A stretch of 63,333 bases of DNA, filler included, from Folioceros fuciformis (Eukaryota), in assembly GCA_049999805.1 (NCBI GenBank). It is 15 parts of 15 records of this genome, joined end to end, with 100 filler letters (N's around TTAATTAATTAA, not from the genome) between each part and the next. Parts side by side here need not be neighbours in the genome. Positions count along the whole stretch, not along the records: positions 8,546 to 14,567 come from JBNGIO010001750.1; positions 14,668 to 16,320 come from JBNGIO010001751.1; positions 16,421 to 23,473 come from JBNGIO010001752.1; positions 23,574 to 25,715 come from JBNGIO010001753.1; positions 25,816 to 29,125 come from JBNGIO010001754.1; 10 more parts are not named here. One strand, 5' to 3'. Each line of letters begins with the position of its first letter. The stretch's first letter is position 1. The translations under genes and the position numbers were made by a program. The notes below the pieces were generated by a model. That model did no database searches. It was not told the origin of the DNA and saw nothing but the letters and a program-made list of their open reading frames with translations. Shown in pieces: positions 13,360 through 26,142 of the stretch.

Positions 13360-14667
13360 GCTGGTGAAATATCAAATGCACTAAAAATTGCATACCTTTC
13401 CTTTATGCTTCCACCCAAACATCGGTAGACAAGACATCCTAGCCATTTGAAAGCACTTGGATCCTCACTTCCGAGACCGCAAGAGCTTCTTCACTTCCCC
13501 GTGTTTTGAGGCAGCCTCTTGAGGACCCAGCTAGCACAAACAAATCAAACGTGCACAGAACTGCAAACCTACTGACAGTCTTCCAAATTGCTTATGGCTG
13601 AGAGTGAGAAACATGACCAGCATCGGGATTCACCTCGCCACTCAAAACCGCCGGAAGAACCCAAAGGGAGCCACTATTATAGCTGGCGTAACCAGGTTTG
13701 CCCAAACCATCCCCACTTGACAGCTCACTAGTATTCACCACCAGCACAGACGAACAAACCAAAAGGATGACAGCCCAGGCTGCAGTGACAAAGCTTGCAC
13801 CCTCCTCTCCAGGGTATCAAATATCTACATCGATAGACTCTGCTACGAGCAACAGTCTAACTCAGTTTATCTCTTACATTTCCGCGTACATGAGCTTACA
13901 TCTTGAACCACCTTACTTTAGCCGTAGTCCACTGCTACACCCTGTACCATGCGGCAAGCTCTCCAAACCTGGGAGTGCCTCGCTTTCTGAGGAGCACTCA
14001 GAGCTGGACTCACGCCAGCTCTCCCCCACACCTGCGAAGAGGTGCGGACACGACGGGCTAAAGAGGCTGCCAGAGTGATGTATCAAACCTCAAGGCAATC
14101 GGATACCCAACCAAGGAAACAGCTCGCCAACACTGGAACCTGAAACGCAAACAAATATAAGAACGAGTTAGAGATTGAAACCTAAGTCGAGGCCAACGCG
14201 GCAAGCAGTTGCTCAGATGAGGATAACAAACACAAGCGCAAGGAGCAACCGGCCGTGGAGAACAAACCCCACACCAGAACAAGCTAAAGACATTGAGTGC
14301 CTATAACCATGTCCTTTCCAAAAAGATATACCATACACTAGTATCAGAACCCTAAGTCACAACTCTCCACACTCCACATTCTCCCCCGAAAACCTGGAGT
14401 TCAATTTAGTTGCACAATCTTGGAAGTCCTCCAGCGCAGGAACACCGAGTACCCCAGAGCACACGGTCCTGAAGCTCCAAAACGTGAACCGAACTGACGC
14501 CGGCCCATCCCGACAGCTCACAACTAATAAAAGGCAACGGCGCCTTATACACACGGCGGCGCAACCANNNNNNNNNNNNNNNNNNNNNNNNNNNNNNNNN
14601 NNNNNNNNNNNTTAATTAATTAANNNNNNNNNNNNNNNNNNNNNNNNNNNNNNNNNNNNNNNNNNNN

Positions 14668-14749
14668 TCTAAACTAATAATACTTAACTAGACACTAATC
14701 TAAGACTAAACACATTAGTCTAGACACATTGGGCTTTAATAACCCTGCA
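14668..14749 (-). mobile_element. 5' end of the ~290-bp LTR family (same family as 38104 and 48641), cut by the gap
   Basis: Reverse complement tgcagggttattaaagcccaatgtg...tagactaatgtgtttagtc matches 38104 onward. Confidence 0.85.
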
Positions 14750-16320
14750 GAAGCCCCCTACAATGGAGGAGCTAGAGATTTGGGCCACATGTGTTTTCTG
14801 AAGGCCGATAGTTCTTTTCAGATCAAATGTGATAAGGCAGCAGTCGCGAAAGCAATCTTACACACAACCCTGCCATTTCGAGGCTCCATCCCGGTGCCGG
14901 TGGAGGCCTGGTCTCCAAGGAACACAATTATGCAGTCGAAAATCAAATGGCAGTTTCTTTGGGTGGGGCTTCCTGCACTGCCCGTGCAGCTCATCTCGAT
15001 GATACATAAGATCTTGGGGACTATAGGCCGAGTGGTGGAGGTTCCCGGCCGAGTGGTGGAGGTTCCCAAGGTGGATTCGCACTTCTTTGACAGCTACAAG
15101 TTTGGCAAAGGTAGGGTTACACTGGCGTCTCGGGTGGAAGATATGGTTGCAGAGGGCTCTGTGCCTATGGAGGTGGATCTTGACAATGAAGAGTACACCC
15201 GGCGAGCAGGGTCGGCATCGGCAAGTAGGTTCAGCAACCCTCTCAACGAGTGCCATGATGCAAACGGAAGCTCAGACGAGTTGTTACGCAGGAATCATCT
15301 TGCATGCCCCACAAGTGTCTTGGCCAGGAGGGACTTGATGGTTAAATTTCATGCCCCACAAGTGTCTTGGCCAGGAGGGACTTGATGGTTAAATTTGATG
15401 CCAACAAGCAACACAGCGCCTCAGAGGTGTTGCTGGATGTTCGTAGTGAGCTTCCCACTTCGTTGGGTTTCTCTGGTGTTTCCCTAGACGCTGTACCTAA
15501 GGGGGGGGAAGACCGATATGTGCCTTCCGGTAAGCTTGTGGGTGAAGGGACTCTTCTGGCAGCTGGTAAAGGTGCAGGTCAACGTGTATGGAGAAAGGTT
15601 CGCAAACCAGAAGTCCCGAGCCCGGGGAAAACTTCTGAGACAAGCTTTCATGGGAATTTTACATGAGAGGATCCAAGCTCTTTGGATGGTGTGCCTGCTG
15701 GACCTGAGAGTAGGTGGGAATTGGGGGACTTGACGGTACACTAGGGAGAAGTTGAGGACTGCCAAACCACCCCGTTTCAATAGCAGGATCCAGGGCCAGG
15801 CAGTGGACTTGATAACTGCATAGGGATGGAGGTTAGCGCTGCCTTTTTGACCAAACAAGGAGTGGAGAAGCCTAAATCGGTCAACAGGCTTGCAAGGGCA
15901 AGGGCGGTGCAGGTCGGCGCCTCTGGGGAGCTACTGGGTGTAGTGGAGAAGCCTGAATCGGTCGAAAGGCCTATAAGGGCAAGGGAGGCGCAGGACGGCG
16001 TCTCTGGGGAGCTACTAGGTGTAGAGGAGAAGCCTCAGCCGGTCGAAAGGCTTGCTACGGTGGGGGCGGCGGTGGATGGCGTCTCTGGGGAGCTGTTGGG
16101 TGCAGAAAGCAGAGCCGGCAGTTTGGCTCAGGAGGGAATCTTGGCTCTGGCTTTGGCTGGTTAGTCCCCTGGCTTTTCGGCAGCGAGCTCTGGGCTCCTC
16201 TCCCTGCCGAAAAAGGGAGACGAGGGAGGAGCTCTTCAGGAGCCTCCGGTGGGGGGATCTAATCATGAGGCAGGGGAGGACGCTCTGGAGAGCCTTTCAA
16301 GTAGGCGGCCTCAACAAGCC
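14750..16320 (+). mobile_element. Degenerate LINE ORF1-like region with internal 21-, 47- and 81-bp tandem duplications
   Basis: VEAWSP...FLWVGLPALPVQLISMIHKILGTIGRVVEV resembles plant L1 ORF1 (DUF4283/zf-CCHC_4 region). Frameshifted by the 47-bp duplication at ~15303-15400. 3x81-bp repeat at 15862-16100. Confidence 0.55.
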
Positions 16321-16527
16321 NNNNNNNNNNNNNNNNNNNNNNNNNNNNNNNNNNNNNNNNNNNNTTAATTAATTAANNNNNNNNNNNNNNNNNNNNNNNN
16401 NNNNNNNNNNNNNNNNNNNNGCCCGGCCGGCCCCTCTCTTAACGGGGATTGCTCGCAAAATATTACAGAGAATTCTATTAAAAGTTATATAAAACATATT
16501 TTGATGGATATCGACGAAGCCGGCATA

Positions 16528-17705
16528 GTAATGACACAAATGAAATAAGATGAAAGTTAAAAGTAGAAAAGTGAAAGCTAAATCTAAAGCTGTCTTGATG
16601 AAGAAGCAAGTATGCTTTTTGCTGCCTTGGGAAACAAGATGTATGTTCCAGGCAAAACCTCTTGAGAAAGATGGAGTTGTAATAACCACTAGTATTCTAA
16701 GATGAGTGGTGAAGTTGTAATGACCACTAGTATTCTAAGATGAGTGGTGTGTATCATTCCTAGCTTTAGCAGTGGCTTAGGTGTGGAGTATAAATAGGCT
16801 AGTGTTAGGGTCTTAAGGACATATACATTGATACACAAAGAGACAGAGAGAGAGGCAGACAGTGAGAAGTCTAGCCTTGAGGCATAGCTGTGGAGGGCTT
16901 GAAGAGTAAGCTTGAGTTTAGGGCAGTAGCCAGTGGGGCGTAGATCGCCAAACTCTTTTGTAAGTATCTTGAATAAAGAGTAGCACCTAGAGGAGGTGGT
17001 CTGCGAGTCGTTAGTGGACGGCGGGCTACTTGGAGCCTAGTGCTGAGTCGTGTAAGAAGGAGAGTGATTTGTAAGTGGAGCGCTGAGGAGTGAATAGACG
17101 AGATTCGAGGCCCTTGCTTCCTTTTACCCTGCAAGGAAGGGGGCGTTACTGGCACAACAATAATGGTACAAGTAAAATCAAATGAAAGTTAAAAATAATA
17201 ATAACACAAATAAAATAAAGTGAAAGTTAAAAGTAAAAAAGGTGAAAGCTAAGCCTAAAGTTGAAGCAAGTATGCTTCTTGTTGCCTTTCGAAACAAGAT
17301 GCGCATTCCAAGCAAAAGCTCCTAAGAAGACCACTAGTATTCTGAGATGAGTGGTGTGTATGACTCCTACCTTAAAAATAGCTTAGTTGTAGAGGAAAAA
17401 AAAGCTAGGGCTAAGGCCTTAAGATATAGAGGTAAATAGAAAAAAGCCTAGTGTGGAGAGATAGTTGTGGAGGGCTTGAAGAGCATGTTCGATAGAGTCA
17501 AGAGTAGTAGTCAATGGGCATAGATCGCCAAGCTCTTGTGTAATTATCTTGAATAAAGAGTAGCCCCTAGAGGAGGTGGTCAAGGAGTTGTCATGGACGG
17601 TGGGCTACTTGGAGCCTAGTGTTAAGTTGTGAGAGAGAGTTGGGTGATTTGTAAAGTTGTGAGAGAGAGTTGGGTGATTTGTATGGGGAGCTTTATGGAC
17701 TGAAT
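16528..17705 (+). repeat. Diverged ~670-bp-period tandem duplication of an LTR-like sequence
   Basis: Blocks acacaaat..aaagttaaaagta, gaagcaagtatgc, gaccactagtattct..gatgagtggtgtgta, tagatcgccaa, tcttgaataaagagtagc, gggctacttggagcctagtg recur at ~16530-17090 and ~17200-17700. TATA-like tataaatagg in the first copy. Confidence 0.7.
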
Positions 17706-20262
17706 GGGTGTCTTGAAATTACGGCAAAGATGCGCTAATGGTAGATAATCATGGCAAATGTGATAACTAAGTGGATCACACTGACTTTCAGCTGATTAGA
17801 TAATAGGTAGTTAAACTAACTCAACCTAAATCAACTTATTAAATAATAGGTAATTAGATAAATAATAGGTAAAAGGACTAGTTCAACCTAAATTATGTGA
17901 ATGGCCAAAATATGGACTAGGGTTGCTTGCCCAGCACAAGCACGTGGGCTCACACAGCCCGTGTGAGGCAACTTGGTGATGATCACCAAACATGGAGCCA
18001 ACAAGGCAAGCCTGGAGGATGCAACAACTGGGGAGTATGAAGCCTAAACATGGCGATGGAGGGAACCAGTTGTCGAAGTCACTCGTAGCAAGAACTACCT
18101 AGAAACCTAAACCCCTTTGTTGTTCACCAGCCTTCTGTGAAAGCGAGAGTTGTGTTCAATGTCTGGTGCAAGATCGTGAGTGTAAGGGCGAGTTGTGGCA
18201 TTCCACAAGTGACTTACCAACTCTGGGCAGCCCCTTTTTTGCGTGTTTTACAACGCGGAGTGGGCTATTACGTATGCGAGTAGCCTAGCATCTTACTTCG
18301 ACAACTACTTCAATTTGGCAATGAGGGCACATGCGAGGAGCTCTTAGAGCGTAGCCAAGCAGCTACAATGAGGCACCATTCGTGGAGCATCCATTCATAC
18401 TCGTTCGTGTGAAGTCTACCATTTTCCCTTTGCATTTCTAGGGATTTAGGGTTTGAAGGGACTCTGGGGGCGCAACCAAATTTGTGCATGTAAGTAGCAA
18501 CCATGGAGAATCCCTCTCTCCCTCTGTAGCAATCGTGAGTTTGGAAGGTGCATGCTCAATATTGTGGCAACTACCTTTCTACCTAGAGCAACTATATGTT
18601 GACCGAAGGCTCTGTACACAAGGCTCAAGAGAGCTAGCAACCAAAGCGCTGCTGAGAGACTACATCAAGGCAGCCCCAGCAAGTCGCTCAGCATTTCATG
18701 CACTTGAGCCTCAAGTTTGGGGTTTGGGGGTGTCTACGCTAAACTTTAGAAGCACATAGCCGTCACAATTCAGCTTGGCTCCCTCTGATCTACATACCAA
18801 CAAATTTTTCTCACATAGGCATTAGTATGCTTTGCGCTCACTTTTAAGCCAATTCCAAGGACTGATCTTACATTTTTAGTGCAAATAAAAGACATGCAGT
18901 AGGGGGGACATGGTTGATTATGGGTGCTTTGGAGAGGGACACATTTCTTGTTCCCTCAAGACTCAAGGACCACAGTGTTTTCTTGCTTTCTAATCACAAC
19001 TACAGCTGCCCAGTAGGCCTAGTGGATTGAGATTTTTTGGGGTTGGAATTTTCTCAAAACTAGGATTATCTGGGTAGGGAGTAGCTGAGCTTTTCTCACA
19101 CTCATTCAGGTTGGGGGGAGGGGAAGCTTACAAACTAGCTCAATGGTGTCCGCTACAACTGTAAGCCTAGATTCTCTTGCTTTCTATGGAATAGGCTTTC
19201 TCTTGAGGGAGCATTCTCTTGAGTGCATCCTCTTGGAAGCGCATTCTCTTGTTAAAAATTCGTTTGAGCTCTGTGTGTGCAGTGTGCAAGGTCATGTGAC
19301 CTGATCGAGGATTTGAGAAGCCAAGTTACAGCTATGAGAAGTGTGGATGCAGGTGGAGGAGCTTTTGTGGTGTTTGAAGGCAGCAAATGCTTCACTTTAT
19401 AGAGCTGCAATACGATCATGCGGTGTTTTATGTGTGTGTATGTATGTATGTGTTTTATATGGCATGGTGTGAGTATTGCTAACTAATGAACCATGCATGA
19501 GTGCGATGTTTAGTGGCACAACACGACACACATGTTATGCGGAGCTAAGTAAATTCTTGTTGCTTGCTAAAAGGTCACCACCTGCACTGTCCCATTGAGT
19601 ACTAGCCTACTGACTATAGGGACTTGTTTGAGCCTCACTACAGGGGATACAAGGGATTGCCATGCGTGTGAACCACTTACTGTGAAGGAGCATATGAGAA
19701 GATTGAGAATCATTTGTTTTTCCATCTATTGTTTGATCAGACACCCTTGGAAACCTTGGTGCTATATGGACCAGCAGAGTTTCCAAGGAGTATGAAAGCC
19801 TTTAAGAGGTGGTTTGCTCACTTTCATGTTTACAACACAGGCATATATGTGTTAGGCTGGCTTAGACAATACTATTCGCTGATCCAATTTTTGAGGACAG
19901 GTGGTCTAGAATGTACAAAGAAGGCCAAGGGACAGTTTTCAGGAGGTGTAGGAGGCATGCAAAGAATACATGGAAACACACAACTCACTAACCAAAGTTG
20001 TGGGTGTGTTAGTGAAAATGGAACAAGAAGAAGAGATGGGGTCAACATTGTCTTTCGAGGGTAGCCCCAAATATAGACGAGACTCCCAGTCTGAGGATGA
20101 GGAGAGTGATGCATACAAAGAACGAGTGCATTCAAATTGTATGTAGATGCTAAGCAGTTTCTACAAGCGATGGCTAAGAGCTTGGTAGGTGAATAGGCGG
20201 GTAGCTATGTCCACAACTTGTCCCTAGAATAGTTACAGGCTGGATTGTGGACAGGGGGTTCA

Positions 20263-20749
20263 TAGTATAATCAAGTATTGGGGTTAACCATGTAGCGATA
20301 TTTAAACTTTGTTTATGTAGGCTAAGAACAACAGAAGGTGGTCATGCCACCTATGCGGTTGGGTGGTGCGATAACTGTCATGGCGTGGTAAGTTGTCATC
20401 GTGGTTTGCGTGGGAAGGGCTTAGTAAATGCGGACTAAAATGCCGACTTACGAAAGTCAATAAAAGTGGGATTTCTAGTAGGCGGAGTTAGTGGAAAGCG
20501 ACGCCTTGTGTATAAAAGGAGACACAGTGAAGATGAGGCGGATTTGGTTAAATGTTCATTGAAGGAAGTAGCCAAACAGGAATCCCACAAGAAGGGTAGT
20601 AGACAAAGTAATTGGAGAAGGAGGCTTGTTTTCACACGTAGTATAATCAAGTACTGGGGTTAACTATGTCGCGATATTTAATCTTTGTTTAAGTAGGCTA
20701 AGAACAACAGAGGGTGGCCATGCCACCTATGTGGCTAGGCGGTGCGACA
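20263..20749 (+). repeat. 111-bp direct repeat (20263-20373, 20639-20749), probably LTR remnants
   Basis: tagtataatcaagta...gtaggctaagaacaacaga...tgccacctatg...ggtgcga twice. Second copy ends GCGACA and a TGTCA start lies at 20376. Confidence 0.7.
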
Positions 20750-21654
20750 GATTCCTTCCTCTTGCTTTTGGGACCATTGGTCTTTTGGCTTTGAAACTTC
20801 CTCAATAGTAGCTTTGCTTCAAACTTGGGCTCTCTATGCTCTCATCTTGTCCTCTTGTTCAATTATTTAGGACTCACCTATCTTAAGGCTTCATTGAGGG
20901 TATTCTGGAGAGGCATTTTTCCCTTCAAGTCTCCTCCAACTCTCAAGGAGACTAGAGTTGGTAAGGCCTCTTTATCCTCTAAGGTGAAAGCTATCCTGCC
21001 ATCTTTCTCCTTACTTGAAAAGATTAGGCTTCCAAGGCTACAAGCATCTCTACTAGAGAACATTATCAATAATTGCAGTTGCCCTCTATTAGGATTCCAT
21101 GATTGCTCAATTCCTAACACACTCAAGCTCAACTTTGTTGTTTCTATGGGAAGAAAGTTAGAGCTTGGCTTTTGGCTAAACCTAGCATTTAGGCACTCTG
21201 TATCGCACCATCAACATTTTCCACCTCAATGTGTTTTTGCTTTGGCTTGCTCCCTTTCATTTTGCAATTGTAGACCTCTTCTTGATGACTGTGTAACATA
21301 TTGGCTCAATGCCCTGCGAGTGAGCAATGTATTGCTACCTACAATACCATTGAGGGTGTCATGTCCTCCACTACTAGGAAAGGTGGATTTTCCCATTCAA
21401 GAAATAACCCTACACCTTACTTAATGGGGTTTCCCTGTGGATTGACCTATTTTTTAATTTGAGGGGATCAAGTTTCAATTGTAGATGTTGTTACTAATCC
21501 AACTTGAACACCATTTGTGAACATATTATTGTAAACCCTTAAGGATCCACGTTTTTTGGTGTGACTTTGTATCCATGAGCTCATCTCCACTATAGTGAAG
21601 GTGAAGCTAACTGAGGCAAGGCAAAGTTACAAGTGCAACATGCTTATCTCTCTT

Positions 21655-22033
21655 ATTTATGCAAGCTATGTATGAAAGTTGTTCTTAATTTATGCAAGCC
21701 ATGTATGAAAGTTGTTCCTAATTTATGCAAGCCATGTATGAAAGTTGTTGGCTCTTTATTGGAGATATTGTCAGAAGATATCAAATATTGTTGAAAGGCA
21801 AGGCAAGGCGTCCAAGGACATGCTTAAGTGTATCTTTATGCTATGCTCATTGATATGGACTCGAACAAGTGTATCTCTATGCTGTGCTTATTGGTATGGA
21901 TTTGAACAAGCATACCTCTATACTATACTCATTGATATTTGGATCCAAACAAGTGTATCTCTATACTATGCTCATTGATATTGACTTGAACACGTGAATT
22001 TATGTGCTATGCTCATTGATATTGAGCTAAACA
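21655..22033. repeat. Minisatellites: 3x33 bp (21655-21749) and ~5x41 bp (21826-22033)
   Basis: atttatgcaagcyatgtatgaaagttgtt units; aagtgtatctytatrctatgctcattgatat...aac units. Confidence 0.85.
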
Positions 22034-22432
22034 AGTTCTTTGCAAGCTTATAGCTTAAGGCAGGCTTGTTGCAAGATAAAAGTTGCTCGATGTATGAGCT
22101 TGAGAGAAAGTTGTCGAAGAGAGATGAAGATGGAGTCAATCTAAGTATAAGTAGTGGAGAAGTTAGCAAGTAGCAAGGTAGGCTCAATGCAAGCATTTTC
22201 TTTCTTCCATCACTTCACCACATGATCCATGTGCATCCACACTTTCCGTAGTTGTATTCTACATTTTCAAATCCATAAAAAGGTCAAGTAATCTTGCACA
22301 CACCTTAATCGCATTCTAAGGAGAAAGTTCAAGATTATAGTTGTAGCAACTATCTTCAGCTAGATTTTTCTACACATTGCTTGATGCTTGCTCCAACCAC
22401 ATCCACACATTTAATTTTGTAGCTATAATGTT

Positions 22433-22709
22433 TTCTTTATATTCTATTTCATTCTAATAACTATATACTCTATTATAATACCTAAATATAGATACGTATA
22501 CTAATTTTAGATTAGAATAAATTATTTATTAACTGATTACTATTTGCATACACCTACACACCATATTATTCTTTATATTCTATTTTATTTTAATAACTAT
22601 ATATTCTATTATAATAACTAAATATAGATATGTATACTTATTTTAGTTATTAGCATAAACTATTTATTAATTGATTACTATTTGCATGCACTTACACACC
22701 ACATTATCA
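22433..22709. repeat. AT-rich ~137-bp tandem duplication
   Basis: ttctttatattctattt...taataactatata...gattactatttgcat...acacacca twice. Confidence 0.85.
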
Positions 22710-23573
22710 TGCCTCACAATTATTGATAGTCTCATAATAAGAAAATTTGTCAAAACATGAAGATTCCTTAAGAAGGGATTATGCTCAGATTATAATTAAA
22801 ATTAAGGTACACAATCGTGCTTTGACAATTGTGAAAATCCTAGCAGTAGGATTACATCTAATCTAGCATGATTAGGATTGCATCTAAGTCTAGCACGATG
22901 AAGAAGCAATGCTCATAAAGATTTTTCGTGTTAATCTACGGAAGTTGTTTACAAAGTGTGTCTTAAATAGTGTCACTGGGTGTCTCTTCTGAAGACGCAC
23001 ACCCATTCCTAATAATTAAACACTATTAATTACGATCTACGGTAACTAGTTGGTCAGCAGCTTACGGACAGATTATCCATTTCGTAAGAACAATTGCTGA
23101 TGGTCTCCGAATACAAAATTCATTAGATCATAAAGGTCTCTCAAGAATAGGTGATTCCTGCTCTATCATAGCAAATGATGAAAAGGAAAGGTACAAGGTT
23201 ATTGCTAAAGCTTAGATGGTGAATGTGATTATGTACTTTCTAACGCGATGGTGAATGAAGATCTAGTTGTTGGGTGGAAAGTATCCAACAAAGATGCAAA
23301 CTAGGCAAAATAAAATGAAATTGCATAAAGGTAGGTTAAGGTTGACAAGCCAAAGGTTAGTAAGGAAAGGTAGATAAAGGTTGACAAACCAAAGTCTCGC
23401 AAGCAAAGGTGTTCAAAGCCAAGCACTTTCTACTTGCTTGTTATTATATATATTTTATAATAAGTAAATTTATNNNNNNNNNNNNNNNNNNNNNNNNNNN
23501 NNNNNNNNNNNNNNNNNTTAATTAATTAANNNNNNNNNNNNNNNNNNNNNNNNNNNNNNNNNNNNNNNNNNNN

Positions 23574-23753
23574 GAGGGGAGCCCTCGAATCCATCATCGA
23601 GTTGATCAAGTCCGACCCTCCATCCACAGCAGCAAGGAACCCCATCGCTCCTTCGTGGGAACGAAACCCAATGTCTCAACGACAGTGGGATAAGGGTGGC
23701 CACTAAAGGTGGAATCCGTCGGCAATCAGTGCCCGGGGTTTTGCCTCCACACA
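23574..23753 (+). mobile_element. End of Athila-like Gypsy LTR, family A
   Basis: Nearly identical to the reverse complement of 28291 onward and to 39765-39941; ends gcctccacaCA. Confidence 0.85.
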
Positions 23754-23775
23754 AGCATTTGTCAACATCTTAACT

Positions 23776-24889
23776 GTGGGAACCAGCAGAGAGTCTAGAA
23801 TTCCTCCGGCGGATACCACTGTCTCCAATCATGAGTGTGGACCTTTATCCGCTGCAAATTCATGGCAAGCAACAACATTCAAATCCCTTACAATCTTTAA
23901 CGCAGATCCGAAAAGTACTTGAGCAACCTATGGATAAATATCTAAGCGATAAGGACAAGGAATGGTGGTAGGGTTTTGGGTGATGCAAGAGGATATTGCG
24001 CAGAGAATCATAAATGGACAGGACCGTCAACTATAGCATGCCTGGGTTTGGTACACAAGGGTAGACAATGCACCCCATATTGTGGTAGACGGAAGTGGCG
24101 AAGCACATGAAGAACCTATGGAGGCACAAAGCCATGCAGAACCAAAACAAATGTATCTTGGTCACTACAGACCCATGGGCACTGCAGATATGGAAGTCGC
24201 GAGGCTGCATGGAAGTGTAGATGAAATCAAGCAAGGGGACATGATTACTGTGCCTTGTGAGGGGGACGATGAAAACCGACCATTTTGGATTGCAATGGTT
24301 GAACAGGTTGATTCCATGTTAGAGGAGCCGTCCCGGATGATATAGTGGTGGGTAACGGAAAATGTTAATGCATTCAAGGAGAGGTACCTCCTAGAGGAAA
24401 TACCCTTCCAATCATACAGGAAGAAACAGCAAATGATGCCGGAATCTTCACCACATTAAAGTAGACCGCCACATAATTGCGGAGACATTTATTCTAGCAT
24501 ATGGATTCTCGCTAACATGTGATAGCACGCTACAAATAAGAACGCAAGAGCTGATTAAAAGAAAGTTATATGAGCTTCAAGAACTACTGCCGATTGTTGT
24601 TAGCGACAATGAAGTGCACGACAGAACGATGGGGTCAATGCAGGGAATTGCCCCGCTCGCTCTTCATCTTCATGCGAATGGAAACCTTCGTATTTGTAGC
24701 GACGTTGGTGACCCCAACATTTTAGGAGAACCTAGCCCAAAGAGATCTATGTCAGGTCCAATTGCAAAGCGAACACGTGCGAGAGCCCTTGGCCGATCTC
24801 GGCCTGCAGTTGCATATACCGACATGTTCGCCAAACAAAAAAGAACAGGAAGAAGAAGGGGCTCCCATAGCAATCTGGCCGATAATTAA
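23776..24889 (+). mobile_element. Degenerate coding remnant, possibly the C-terminal part of a DNA-transposon protein
   Basis: Broken reading frame WEPAESLEFLRRIP...KYLSDKDKEWW*GFW...GDMITVPCEGDDENRPFWIAMV. No catalytic motif recognised. Confidence 0.3.
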
Positions 24890-25329
24890 TACGGATATAC
24901 ACGGTATGTGGTTGTTGTTGTAGGACTGGAGCGCACTTGTGCGCGCCAGTCCTGCAAAAGTGCAAACATTAGCATGCATTAGATCCTTCTCTAGCTTGCT
25001 GCCACTTGGGCATTTCAAATATATATAAATGTAATCACGTTGAAATGTTGGAAATGGGACATCTTCACTAGACGTAAAGACTATCAGCACAATGTGACAC
25101 ATTTGATTTGACGTGCTTAGGATCGTAAGGTCCCGAACTTGAGGGGTTGTTTTTGTCCTATGTGTATGTTTTTTGCATCCACACACCTACGGAAATGTGC
25201 ATGCAACCGGCCCATTGGTAAAGAAGCACATAATGCGTTTGGATTTATGGTGAAAGCCAATATGTGTGGAGAAAGCCGATTTATTTCATACACCATTCTA
25301 GGGACATCATAGGATTTGGCACCTTCGAG

Positions 25330-25600
25330 TGTGCTGTTTGTGATTTGGCTTGGAAGCAGGCTTCCTTGCCGGTTGCCTTCAGAGGGGTTGGCCTTTTGGC
25401 TATGGAGGCCTCTCCCCCAACTGCCTTTCTCGGTAGTTGGGCCCCCTCGGCTTCAATTTTGGCCTCTCGTTTCTTACTACAAGATTCCCCTTTTCTTGAA
25501 GGTTTTATTTCGAGCGTTGAGGAGGGCATTTTCTCTTTACAAGTATCCCTTTGGAGGCTTTTGAGGTTCTACCTCCTTTTCTAAGGAAGGATTGAGGGGT
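25330..25600 (+). mobile_element. Non-LTR retrotransposon (CRE/SLACS-like) post-RT fragment
   Basis: WKQASLPVAFRGVGLLAMEASPPTAFLGSWA resembles the QAxLPxxxGGLGL...AxAFLGSW thumb-region motif of early-branching non-LTR elements. Confidence 0.5.
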
Positions 25601-25815
25601 CTCTAGGCCTCTCTCTTGGAAAAGCAATATGTTACGAATAGGCTTATCTCTGGTTAAACCTAAACACGTGGTTCTTTTATGTTTTGGGTTTATATAGATT
25701 AGGTCTATGAACACGNNNNNNNNNNNNNNNNNNNNNNNNNNNNNNNNNNNNNNNNNNNNTTAATTAATTAANNNNNNNNNNNNNNNNNNNNNNNNNNNNN
25801 NNNNNNNNNNNNNNN

Positions 25816-26142
25816 TGGAGCGCTGCCGTCGTAACAGAGCCTGTTTGGATAAGTGGATTTATTTGAAGTGGATTTCCCTGATTTTAACCCGTCGAGATTA
25901 AGTGGGAGTGTTGGATTAATAACCCTGACGGTTAAATATCCCTACTTACCTTTAGGTCATATTATTTAGGGTTAGTAGACTACATTTAGTATAAATACAT
26001 CTTCATTAATTGTTAATATATATCATCATTCTTCTTGCTCAACGTTTTTCGTGTGCTGGTCAACTTCGTGCCCCCTTTGTGCTGTATGCACAGAATGTCA
26101 AGCTATCTTGATGTTATACCAGCGTGCTATATTTTAGTTACT
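25816..26142 (+). mobile_element. LTR-like segment truncating the Copia at the start of RT
   Basis: TATA (tataaatac, ~25990) followed by a U5-like stretch. The Copia frame WELVRLP stops at this junction. Confidence 0.35.

Noticed and set aside
17900-21600. Specific gene or transposase calls for short ORFs (e.g. 18484-18759, 19714-20064, 20825-21424)
   Set aside because: No motif could be recognised with confidence; probably decayed repeats.
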